Shown here piece by piece: positions 11,137 through 19,151 of a stretch of 43,301 bases of DNA. Position 1 is the stretch's first letter. Each line of letters opens with the position of its first letter. This stretch comes from an uncultured Bifidobacterium sp. (lineage in GTDB: Bacteria > Actinomycetota > Acidimicrobiia > Acidimicrobiales > Ilumatobacteraceae), in assembly GCA_964632715.1 (NCBI GenBank), contig CAZWCU010000005.1, positions 1 to 43,301 of the forward strand, read 5' to 3'. Position numbers and translations under genes: made by a program. A model generated the notes under the pieces. The model made no database searches. It saw only the letters and a program-made list of their open reading frames with translations, and had not been told where the DNA came from.

Positions 11137-12082
11137 CGAGACCAGTCCCTTGCAGATCGCGACGCAGTGCGAAGCGTTGGTAGAGGAGCGCGACGACCAG
11201 CGACAGCGTGAAGATGACGATGGAGACCGCGCTCGCGTAGCCGAACAGGCTCTTGCGGAACTGGTCGTAGAGATAGGTGGCCATCGTGGAGGAGGCACCG
11301 ATGGGGCCGCCCTTCGTGGTGACCCACACGATGTCGAACAGTTGCAGCGCGCCGATGATCGAGAGGAACACCGACACGCGGATCGTGGGTCCGAGCAGTG
11401 GCAGCGTGACGTAGCGGAACTCCTGCCACGCGGTCGCGCCGTCGATCGAGGCGGCCTCACCGAGCTCCTTGGGCACCTGTTGCAGCCCGGCCAGCAGCAG
11501 CACCATGTGGAAGCCGAAGTACTTCCACGAGATCACGAAGAACAGTGCGTAGAGCACCACGTCGGGGTCCGACAGCCAGCCCTGCGTGTGCGCACCGAGA
11601 CCGACCGAGGTCATCATCTCGTCGAGCAACCCGTTGGGTCGCAACATCTGACGCCACACCACACCGGTGACCACTTCGGACAGCACGTAGGGGGCGAAGA
11701 ACAGCGTGCGCAGGACCGCGCGACCCTTGATCTTCGAGTTGAGCAGCATCGCCAGGCCGAGCGCGAACGGGATCTGCAGCACGACCGACAGCGTGATGAG
11801 GATCATGTTGTGCTGCAGGGCGTCGGTGAACACCTCGTCGGAGAACGCTCGACGGAAGTTGTCGAGCCCGACGAAGTTGTCGAGCGACTCGAGCCCGTTC
11901 CAGTCGTACAGGCTGTAGCGCATGCTCTGCGCGATGGGGTAGAGCACGAACACGGAGTAGAGGATCAACGCCGGCGCGAGGAAGACGACGATCATCGGCC
12001 ACGGCATCCGTACCAGCTCGCGCGTGCGCGGCTTGGGCTGGCGAGGTGGCGCGGACGCTGCCGTTGGGGTGGCGGTGCTCAT
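11129..12082 (-). CDS. Carbohydrate ABC transporter permease (MalF/UgpA-like)
   Basis: 317 aa. A positively charged N-terminus precedes TM1 (MPWPMIVVFLAPALILY). EAA loop EAASIDGATAWQEFRYVTLPLLGP. Confidence 0.88.
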   Translation of the reverse strand: MSTATPTAASAPPRQPKPRTRELVRMPWPMIVVFLAPALILYSVFVLYPIAQSMRYSLYDWNGLESLDNFVGLDNFRRAFSDEVFTDALQHNMILITLSVVLQIPFALGLAMLLNSKIKGRAVLRTLFFAPYVLSEVVTGVVWRQMLRPNGLLDEMMTSVGLGAHTQGWLSDPDVVLYALFFVISWKYFGFHMVLLLAGLQQVPKELGEAASIDGATAWQEFRYVTLPLLGPTIRVSVFLSIIGALQLFDIVWVTTKGGPIGASSTMATYLYDQFRKSLFGYASAVSIVIFTLSLVVALLYQRFALRRDLQGTGLVG

Positions 12083-12106
12083 GCGGATGGTTCCAGTCAG
12101 GTCCGT

Positions 12107-12138
12107 GGGCCGGCGGGCGACGAATCGCCCACCGGCCC
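12107..12138 (-). terminator. Intra-operon GC-rich stem-loop between the SBP and permease genes (mRNA stabiliser or partial terminator)
   Basis: Plus strand reads GGGCCGGCGGGCGA-cgaa-TCGCCCACCGGCCC. In the minus-sense mRNA this is a 14-bp stem capped by a UUCG tetraloop. The single non-Watson-Crick position is a G-U wobble only in the sense orientation. No U-tract follows. Confidence 0.5.
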
Positions 12139-12154
12139 AGACGTGAGGATTCGG

Positions 12155-13510
12155 TCAGCCGCCGGCGACGGCGGTGATCGCGTCGGCGGCGTCCTGCGGC
12201 GACGTGGCGCCGGCGAACAGTAGCGCCGTCTGATCGTTGACTGCAGCGCCCACCTCGGCCGTGAAGAACTGGTCGAGGAACAGCTGCGTGAAGGTCGCTG
12301 CGTTGAGCCCGTCGAGCACTGCCTGCATGTTCGGGTCGGTCACCGCGTCGGCGGCCTCCTTGTTCACCGGCAGGCCGCTGTTCTGTGCCCAGATGCGCTG
12401 GTTGTCGGCGTTGGTGATGAACTTCAGGAAGTCGACCGCTTCCGGCGGAGCGTCCTTGCCCACCGCGAAGCCGTCGGCACCACCGAACGCGTCGGTCGCG
12501 AGACCGTCGCCACCGTCGACGCTGGGGAACGGGAACCAACCGAGCTCGAACGGCAGATCCTGGTCGGGCTCGAGACCCGCCTGGTTCTTGAACGCACCAG
12601 GGGCCCACTGACCCATCAGGTCCATCGCCGCGGCGCCCGTGGCCATCGTGCCCGACTCACCGTCGGGTGCATCCCAGCCGGCTCCGAGGAAGCCTTCCTG
12701 GAAGGGCTCCATCGCCACCAGATCGGCGAGCAGCTCACCGGCGCCGACCACGTTGGGCACCGAGAAGTTGTTGTCGGCAGCGATCTGGTTCATCGCATCG
12801 GCACCGCCGAGGCGGAGCATCAGGTACGAGTACCAGAAGTGAGCCGGCCACTTGTCGCCGGCGCCGACCGCGATGGGCGTGATGCCGGCGTCCTTCAGCT
12901 TCTGGATGTCGACGAGCAGCTCGTCCCAGGTGGCCGGCGGTGCGTCGATGCCGGCCTCGGCGAAGAGGTCCTTGTTGTACCAGAAGCCGACCATGCCGGC
13001 GTTGAACGGGATGCCGTACTGCTTGTCGTCCACCTGGTAGAGCTTCACGGCACCTTCGCCGAGGTCGCCGACGAACGACGCCGACTCGTCGGTGATGTCG
13101 CGCACCACGCCGGCCGCGACCTGATCGCGCAGGCCACCGCCGCCCCAGGACTGGAACAGGTCGGGCACGTCGCCCGACTGGATGTTGGTCTGGATGGCCG
13201 CCTTGAACGCCTCGTTCTCCATCACCGTGATGTTGATCGTGACGTTGGGGTGCTCTGCCGTGTAGGCGTCGGCCATGGCCTGCCAGTTGGCGAGACCCGG
13301 GTCGTTGTTCTGGATGTGCCACCAGTCGATGGTGACCGGCTCGTCGCTCGGCGGCGTCGTCTCCTCCGTGCCGCCGGTGACGTCGGGCGCAGTGGTGGTG
13401 TCGGCTGCGCCGCCGTTGTCGTCGTCGCCGCCGCAGGCTGCGGCCACGAACGCCAAGCTCATGACGATGGCGGCGATTCGCCGTCCTCGTCGGGTTCTGG
13501 TGCTCATCAT
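12155..13510 (-). CDS. Sugar ABC transporter extracellular solute-binding lipoprotein (family 1)
   Basis: Signal peptide and lipobox MMSTRTRRGRRIAAIVMSLAFVAAACGG are followed by a T/D-rich linker and a family-1 SBP body of about 420 aa. Start at ATG 13510 with GAGGGGG upstream. Confidence 0.88.
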   Translation of the reverse strand: MMSTRTRRGRRIAAIVMSLAFVAAACGGDDDNGGAADTTTAPDVTGGTEETTPPSDEPVTIDWWHIQNNDPGLANWQAMADAYTAEHPNVTINITVMENEAFKAAIQTNIQSGDVPDLFQSWGGGGLRDQVAAGVVRDITDESASFVGDLGEGAVKLYQVDDKQYGIPFNAGMVGFWYNKDLFAEAGIDAPPATWDELLVDIQKLKDAGITPIAVGAGDKWPAHFWYSYLMLRLGGADAMNQIAADNNFSVPNVVGAGELLADLVAMEPFQEGFLGAGWDAPDGESGTMATGAAAMDLMGQWAPGAFKNQAGLEPDQDLPFELGWFPFPSVDGGDGLATDAFGGADGFAVGKDAPPEAVDFLKFITNADNQRIWAQNSGLPVNKEAADAVTDPNMQAVLDGLNAATFTQLFLDQFFTAEVGAAVNDQTALLFAGATSPQDAADAITAVAGG

Positions 13511-13570
13511 GGTTGGTACCCCCTCAGGTATGGATGACTTGCTGGTTGCTGTTGGACTGACACTGGGTGT

Positions 13571-13584
13571 TGTAAACGATTTCA
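13571..13584. promoter_or_regulatory. Candidate LacI-family operator upstream of the sugar SBP gene
   Basis: TGTAAACGATTTCA fits the LacI/CcpA-type consensus TGnAAnCGnTTnCA exactly. It is AT-rich within very GC-rich DNA. It lies in the 94-bp gap between the lacI stop (13605) and the SBP start (13510). Confidence 0.55.
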
Positions 13585-13604
13585 ACAGGGGAAATGCGAC
13601 CGTT

Positions 13605-14657
13605 TCAGGCAGGTGCGACGCGCGGCGCCGCGGTCGACTGGCGCACGACGAGCTTGGTGGGCATCGCGACGTGGCTCGGCGGCTCGCGGCGCAGTGCGGG
13701 CTGTTCGATGAGCGCGATCAGCGTGCGCACGGCCTCGAAGCCGAGCGCCTGGATCGACTGGTCGACGGTGGTGAGCGGTGGGTGCGTGAGCGCCGACTCG
13801 GGCACGTTGTCGAACCCGATCACCGACAGGTCGTCGGGCACCCGCAGCCCGAGCTCCTGCGCAGTGCGCATGGTCTGGATGGCCGACAGGTCGTTGGCGG
13901 CGAAGACGGCGCTGGGCCGGTTCGCCAGCGCGAGCAACTGACGCGCAGGGCCCGCGGCGGTGGCCTCCTTGAAGCCGCCCTCGAGCACCAGTTCGGCGTC
14001 GAACGCAATGCCGGCCTCGTCGAGCGCGGCTCGGTAGCCCTGCTCGCGCAGGCGCGCGGACTCGAGGTCCCGACGGCCGCCGAGGAACCCGATGCGTCGG
14101 TGTCCGAGCTCGATGAGGTGGCGGGTGGCGGTGAGCGCGCCTTCGTAGTTCTGCGACGCGAACGTGGGGAACGCCGACTCGCTGGACTGCGGGTCGACGG
14201 CCACGACGGGTTGGTTGAGCGACACCTCGGCAACGGTGGGAGTGACCAGCACCGTGCCGTCGGTGAGCGTGCCGCTGAGGCGCGAGACGTAGCGACGCTC
14301 CCAGCCGACGTGATCGCCGCCGTGACCGCCGCTGTAGACGACCAGTTCGTAGTCGCCACCGCGCAGTGCGTTCGCCGCACCTTTGAGCACTTCGGCGCTG
14401 AACGGTTCGATGTCGGCGACGAGCACACCGATGACGTGCGTGCGCTGTGAGCGCAGGCTGCGTGCGATGAGGCTCGACTCGTAGCCGAGGTCGTCGATGA
14501 CCGCCTTCACCTTCTCGAAGGTGGCGGGTGCGACGCCGTAACGACTGTTGACGACGCGCGACACGGTGGCGATGGACACGCCGGCGCGCTCGGCGACGTC
14601 GCCGATCGTCACTCGCTCGTGCAGGTCAGCATCGTCGAACCTCGGCTCGTCGAGCAC
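13605..14657 (-). CDS. LacI-family transcriptional regulator
   Basis: HTH VTIGDVAERAGVSIATVSRVVN...KVKAVIDDLGYESSLIARSLR is followed by a periplasmic-binding-protein-like sugar-binding core. GTG start at 14657 immediately after an in-frame stop, with GGGGAGGTGA upstream. Confidence 0.9.
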   Translation of the reverse strand: MLDEPRFDDADLHERVTIGDVAERAGVSIATVSRVVNSRYGVAPATFEKVKAVIDDLGYESSLIARSLRSQRTHVIGVLVADIEPFSAEVLKGAANALRGGDYELVVYSGGHGGDHVGWERRYVSRLSGTLTDGTVLVTPTVAEVSLNQPVVAVDPQSSESAFPTFASQNYEGALTATRHLIELGHRRIGFLGGRRDLESARLREQGYRAALDEAGIAFDAELVLEGGFKEATAAGPARQLLALANRPSAVFAANDLSAIQTMRTAQELGLRVPDDLSVIGFDNVPESALTHPPLTTVDQSIQALGFEAVRTLIALIEQPALRREPPSHVAMPTKLVVRQSTAAPRVAPA

Positions 14658-14748
14658 GTGTCATCACCTCCCCTCGCATTCGTCGTCACGACCGACGACC
14701 GTCCACACCGTCCGATTCCCCCCAAGATGGCCGGACGGCTGGAACTGC

Positions 14749-14776
14749 TTGCAATCGTTGTCGAGAACGTTTACAA
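14749..14776. promoter_or_regulatory. 28-bp imperfect palindrome (two overlapping LacI-type half-site pairs) in the lacI / dehydratase divergent region
   Basis: TTGCAATCGTTGTCGAGAACGTTTACAA matches its own reverse complement at 22 of 28 positions and is centred on TCGA. It contains AACGTTTACA, whose complement TGTAAACGTT shares the half-site TGTAAACG with the 13571 site. It sits mid-way in the 199-bp intergenic region. Confidence 0.55.
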
Positions 14777-14856
14777 CGTACTCCTGGCCCCGGAAGTGCG
14801 CAAGACCCAACATCCGCCGCACACCGGAACGCAATCCACGAGGATGGGAGGCAGCC

Positions 14857-16773
14857 ATGTCGTCGACGAACGATCACCTGCTCGACTCGGGCGACGAGTC
14901 GCTCTACACCGTCGCCACCACCGCCGACGGGCCTGCCGGCGCGCTGCCGCTCGACGCCGAGCGCCTGGCCGCGATGTCGAGCGGTGAGCTGTTCGGCTGG
15001 ACGCAGAACGTGGCGATGGGGCTCGACCCGAAGCGGCTGGCCAGTCGCGAGTTCCTCATCATGTCGACGATGGGTGGGCTGCGCGGCGCCGGCGGGGAGT
15101 CCATTGCGCTCGGGTACCACACGGGTCACTGGGAGTTGGGCCTGCTCGTCGAGGCGGCGGCGCGTGAGCTCACCGCGGCCGGCGCCATCCCGTTCGCGGG
15201 AAACGTGAGCGACCCGTGCGACGGGCGCAGCAACGGCACCGACGCGATGCTCGACTCGCTGCCGTACCGCAACGACGCGGCCATCGTGCTGCGACGGCTC
15301 ATCCGCTCGCTCCCCTCTCGGGCCGGCGTGCTGGGTGTCGCCACCTGCGACAAGGGCCTGCCGGCGATGATGATGGCGCTCGCCGGCGTGCCCGACGTGC
15401 CGTCGGTGGTGGTGCCCGGCGGGGTCACGCTGCTCGCGCACGACGCGGAGGACACCGCCGCGGTGCAGTCGTTGGCCGCTCGCTTCGCCCGCGGTGAGAT
15501 CACGCTCGACCACGCCTCGGTGATGGGTTGCCGCGCGTGCGGGTCGGCGGGCGGCGGCTGCCAGTTCATGGGAACCGCCGCCACCTCCCAGGTGGTCGCG
15601 GAGGCACTCGGGTGGACCCTGCCGCACAGCGCGCTGCACCCGTCCGGTTCGCCGTTGTGGCTCGACATGGCCCGCCGTTCGGCGCGGGCGCTCATCGCGC
15701 TGGCCGAGCGCGGCACACGGTGCGCCGACCTCCTCACCGACGACGCGATGCACAACGCAATGGTCGTGCACGCCGCAGTGGGCGGCTCCACCAACCTCTA
15801 CTTGCACGTGCCCGCCATCGCCCATGCCGCTGGGCTGCGACGCCCCACCGTCGACGACTGGGTCGCGGTGAACCGCTCCGTGCCGCGCCTCGTCGACGCG
15901 CTGCCCAACGGGCCACGCAACTACGCCACCGTGCACGTGTTCCTGGCCGGCGGTGTGCCGGAGGTGATGCTGCAACTCGCGCGCCGTGGTGCGTTGCGCG
16001 TCGACGTGCCCACCGTGTCGGGCCGCACCCTCGCCGACAACCTGGCGTGGTGGGAGTCGAGCACACGACGCGCGCGCCTCCGGGAGCGCCTGTTCGAGAT
16101 CGACGGGATCGACCCCGACGACGTGATCCGCACCGGGCCGGATCGCGCGCTCGCCGGAACCGTCACCATCCTCACCGGCAACCTCGCGCCCGGTGGCGCC
16201 ATCGTGAAGAGCACCGCCATCGCGCCCGAACTGCTCGACGCGGCCGGCCGCTACCTGGCCACCGGCACCGCTCGAGTGTTCACCAGCGAGGCCGACGCGA
16301 TCGACGCGATCAAGGCCCGCGCCATCCATGCCGGCGAGGTGATGGTGCTGCTCGGCATCGGCGCCGCGTTCGGCATGCCCGAGACGTACCAGGTCACCGC
16401 CGCCCTCAAGCACATCGACGAGGGTGGCCGCATCCCACTCGTGACCGACGGCCGCTTCTCCGGTGTCTCCACCGGGCCGTGCATCGGGCACGTGAGTCCC
16501 GAAGCGGCTGCGGGTGGGCCACTCGGCAGGGTTCGCGACGGCGACACCATCGCGATCAGCATCGACACCGTCGCGCTCACCGGCACGGTCGACCTCGTCG
16601 GCGACCTCGCCGCGTTCGACCGCCGCGTCACCCACCCGGATCTCGCCGCGCGCCACGCCGCCATCCCTGACGACACGCGGCTGTGGGCCGCGCTGCAGGC
16701 CCGCAGCGGCGGCGCGTGGGGTGGCTGCGTGTACGACGTGGATGCGCTCGTCGACGCGCTGGAACGGCCCTGA
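14857..16773 (+). CDS. IlvD/Edd-family sugar-acid dehydratase, YjhG/YagF (D-xylonate dehydratase)-like
   Basis: 638 aa from ATG 14857, with GGGAGG 5 nt upstream. Family motifs are VATCDKGLPAMMMA, DPCDGRSNGT and TDGRFSGVSTGPCIGHVSPEAAAGGPLG. The N-terminal region (YTVATTADGPAGALPLDAE...) and the length resemble the pentonate-dehydratase branch more than IlvD or Edd. That subfamily call is from memory and is not verified. Confidence 0.8.
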   Translation: MSSTNDHLLDSGDESLYTVATTADGPAGALPLDAERLAAMSSGELFGWTQNVAMGLDPKRLASREFLIMSTMGGLRGAGGESIALGYHTGHWELGLLVEAAARELTAAGAIPFAGNVSDPCDGRSNGTDAMLDSLPYRNDAAIVLRRLIRSLPSRAGVLGVATCDKGLPAMMMALAGVPDVPSVVVPGGVTLLAHDAEDTAAVQSLAARFARGEITLDHASVMGCRACGSAGGGCQFMGTAATSQVVAEALGWTLPHSALHPSGSPLWLDMARRSARALIALAERGTRCADLLTDDAMHNAMVVHAAVGGSTNLYLHVPAIAHAAGLRRPTVDDWVAVNRSVPRLVDALPNGPRNYATVHVFLAGGVPEVMLQLARRGALRVDVPTVSGRTLADNLAWWESSTRRARLRERLFEIDGIDPDDVIRTGPDRALAGTVTILTGNLAPGGAIVKSTAIAPELLDAAGRYLATGTARVFTSEADAIDAIKARAIHAGEVMVLLGIGAAFGMPETYQVTAALKHIDEGGRIPLVTDGRFSGVSTGPCIGHVSPEAAAGGPLGRVRDGDTIAISIDTVALTGTVDLVGDLAAFDRRVTHPDLAARHAAIPDDTRLWAALQARSGGAWGGCVYDVDALVDALERP

Positions 16774-16832
16774 TCCACGGAGTGCAAGGATGGACGGCTG
16801 CGTGCCGCAGCATGACGTGCCGGGGGGCTGAC

Positions 16833-18566
16833 ATGGCTGAGAACGACCGGATCTGGGTGGCCGACATGGAGCCCAGCACCCGCTACCCGCTGTACACGCG
16901 GGCCAACGTCGGCGAAGTGTTCCCGAACGTGCTGTCGGCGCTCGGCGGGACGCTGATGGGCGACGACGTCGGCCGCGCGCAGATGGAGGTGTTCCGCGAG
17001 ATCGGCTTCGTGACGCCCCGAGACCTCGACGGCATCCGCCTCGGCACCGGCGTGTTCGGCGGCTACCTCTACGCCAACGGCTCGCTCTCACGCATCATGG
17101 GTGTGCGCACACCCGGCATGAACGCCACCACCAGCGAGGAGCAGCTGGGCACCATCGAGGGGCTGCCGCCGTACCGGCGCGAGAAGGGCGACCGGAACCT
17201 GCTGGCCACCCTGCGGATCACCGCGTTCCTCAGCAAGATCCTGCGCAACCCCGACCTGACTCCGCTCGACACGGCGCGTGCCGACGCGCACTCGTGGCTG
17301 GCGTCGATGCCCGACGTCGCCACCGCCACCGACGAGCAACTGCTCGCCTTCGTCGCCGAGTACCCGCAACGGCTGGCGGAGAGCATGAAGCGGCTGCTGC
17401 GCTTCAGCATGGTCGCGGCCGGGCCGCGGGTGGTGCTCGACATGCTGCTGGATCGCAGTTCGCTGCCGGCGGGCACCGGCAACCGGTTGGTGAGCGGCAT
17501 CGACGACGTCGACTCGGCCCGCCTCGCGCAGGAGCAGTGGGCGCTCGGGCGCTTCGTGGCCGGCGACCGGTCGCTCACGGAACTGTTCGACGGCGGACTC
17601 GACGGCATCGATGCACGCATCGTCGGCACCGCGCTCGACGAACCGATGCGCACCTTCCTCGCCACGTTCGGGCACCGCGGCAACGACGAGTACGAGCTGG
17701 CCACACCCACGTGGTCGATGACCCCTGCGCCGGTGTTCGCGGCCATCGACCGCTTGCGACACGTGCCCGACGACCGCTCGCCCGCGCGCGCGATGGAGCG
17801 CCTGGTGGCCGAGCGGGCGGACGCCGAGCGGGCCGTCGTCGCCGGGATGCGCCGGCCGCTGCGGTCGCCCGCACTGCGCGCGGCTGCGGTGTCGCGCGCC
17901 GGGTCGGTCGGGCGCGAGCGTGCCAAGGACATCCTGGTGCTCGAGAACCTCGGTGCCCGTCGTGCGCTCCACGCGCTGGTGGCACGGGCCGCCGAACGCG
18001 GCGGACCCGCCGACCCGCGCTCGGCGTTCTGCATCACCATCGACGAGCTGCCGCGCTACCTGGCGCACCCCGACGAGTTCGCCGAGGTGATCGCCGAGCG
18101 TGCGGCGCTGCAGCAGTACCTGAACGACCGCGAGCCGCCGTCGTGGTTCGACGGCCGCATCCCGCGGCCGTCGACCTGGCCGCTCCGGCGAACCGACCAC
18201 ACGCGGCCGGCAGCACCCGCGGAGGGAACGGTGCTCACCGGCATCGCGGTGGCGGGTGGCGTCGCCTCCGGCCCGGCGCGGGTGATCAGCGACCCGGCCG
18301 ACCCACGCGGACTCGAGCCCGGCGAGGTGCTGGTGTGCGCGATCACGGATCCCAGCTGGACCCCGCTGTTCCTCGTGGCCGCAGCCGTGGTGTGCGACAC
18401 GGGCGCCCAGCAGAGCCACGCATCGATCGTCGCCCGTGAGCTCGGCATCCCCGCGGTGATGAACGTTGCGGCCATCACCACCATCGCCGATGGCACCTGG
18501 CTGGAGGTCGACGGCAACTCCGGCACCGTACGCATCGGAGCCGCGCCGTCACACCGCCGGCCCTAG
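16833..18566 (+). CDS. PEP-utilising-enzyme swivel (phosphohistidine) domain protein lacking an ATP-grasp domain
   Basis: 577 aa from ATG 16833. The C-terminal mobile domain is GIAVAGGVASGPARVI...GEVLVCAITDPSWTPLF...DTGAQQSHASIVARELGIPAV, with the conserved His. N-terminal YTRANVGEVFPNVLSAL resembles the central substrate-binding domain of rifampicin-phosphotransferase-like proteins. I see no PPDK_N / ATP-grasp region. Confidence 0.72.
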   Translation: MAENDRIWVADMEPSTRYPLYTRANVGEVFPNVLSALGGTLMGDDVGRAQMEVFREIGFVTPRDLDGIRLGTGVFGGYLYANGSLSRIMGVRTPGMNATTSEEQLGTIEGLPPYRREKGDRNLLATLRITAFLSKILRNPDLTPLDTARADAHSWLASMPDVATATDEQLLAFVAEYPQRLAESMKRLLRFSMVAAGPRVVLDMLLDRSSLPAGTGNRLVSGIDDVDSARLAQEQWALGRFVAGDRSLTELFDGGLDGIDARIVGTALDEPMRTFLATFGHRGNDEYELATPTWSMTPAPVFAAIDRLRHVPDDRSPARAMERLVAERADAERAVVAGMRRPLRSPALRAAAVSRAGSVGRERAKDILVLENLGARRALHALVARAAERGGPADPRSAFCITIDELPRYLAHPDEFAEVIAERAALQQYLNDREPPSWFDGRIPRPSTWPLRRTDHTRPAAPAEGTVLTGIAVAGGVASGPARVISDPADPRGLEPGEVLVCAITDPSWTPLFLVAAAVVCDTGAQQSHASIVARELGIPAVMNVAAITTIADGTWLEVDGNSGTVRIGAAPSHRRP

Positions 18567-18575
18567 CATCGCCGC

Positions 18576-18989
18576 ATGACCGATCCGCTCCAGAAGCCCG
18601 TGCTGCAGATGCGTCTGGTCGTCGAGGTCGACGACTTCGACGCGGCGGTGGCCTTCTACCGCGATGCGCTCGGCCTGCCCGAGCAGGCCGCGTTCCAGGG
18701 TGAGGGCGACGCCAGGGTCGTCATCCTCGATGCCGGGCGAGCAACGCTCGAGTTGGCCAACTCGGCACAGAAGCGGCTGATCGATCGCGTCGAAGCCGGC
18801 GGTCGGGAGAGCAACCGCATCCGAGTCGCGTTCGAGGTGCTCGACTCGACCGCCGTCACCGACACCCTCGCCGCCGCGGGCGCCGAGGTGATCGCGCCGC
18901 CCACCGAGACGCCATGGCGCTCGCTCAACTCACGCCTGCACGCGCCCGGCGATCTGCAGCTGACGCTCTTCCAAGAGCTCGACCCCTGA
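18576..18989 (+). CDS. VOC-family (glyoxalase / bleomycin-resistance / dioxygenase fold) protein
   Basis: 137 aa. The VEVDDFDAAVAFYRDALGL beta-alpha-beta-beta-beta module and the size are typical of the family. It starts 9 nt after the preceding stop codon. Confidence 0.72.
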   Translation: MTDPLQKPVLQMRLVVEVDDFDAAVAFYRDALGLPEQAAFQGEGDARVVILDAGRATLELANSAQKRLIDRVEAGGRESNRIRVAFEVLDSTAVTDTLAAAGAEVIAPPTETPWRSLNSRLHAPGDLQLTLFQELDP

Positions 18990-18993
18990 CCCC

Positions 18994-19132
18994 CCACCAC
19001 CATCCGAGTGCCAGGCCACCATCCGAGTGGGACGCGGCCATGCGAGTGGCAGCGTCACCCCCGTCGGGACGGTGGCACTCGGATGCACTCGTCACACTCG
19101 GATGGTCGTGTGGCACTCGGATCGGTGGGTGG
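18994..19132. repeat. ~140-bp imperfect palindrome built from 19-bp periodic units (3 direct plus 3 inverted copies)
   Basis: Direct copies are CCATCCGAGTG at 19000 and 19019 and CCATGCGAGTG at 19038. Inverted copies are CACTCGGATGC at 19076, CACTCGGATGG at 19095 and CACTCGGATCGG at 19114. All pairs are symmetric about position ~19062. By hand, roughly four fifths of arm positions can pair. The element fills the gap between two convergent genes. Confidence 0.75.
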
Positions 19133-19151
19133 ACGGCTGGGTCGGGAGACG

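Noticed and set aside
14686-17091. 801-aa ORF antisense to the dehydratase gene. The same applies to the other very long shadow ORFs: 20262-23585 (1107 aa), 22498-24240, 20305-22155, 28353-30515, 25335-26945, 6450-8144, 5327-6502, 8927-10309 and 17088-18419.
   Set aside because: Their translations are dominated by Arg, Gly, Ala, Pro, His and Asp with no recognisable motif. The overlapping frame or strand encodes motif-rich, family-assignable proteins. Long open shadow frames are expected in DNA this GC-rich.
18994-19132. The periodic repeats considered as a CRISPR array.
   Set aside because: The repeat units are only about 11 nt with about 8-nt spacers. Half of them are inverted relative to the other half, forming one long palindrome. 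There are no cas genes in the window.
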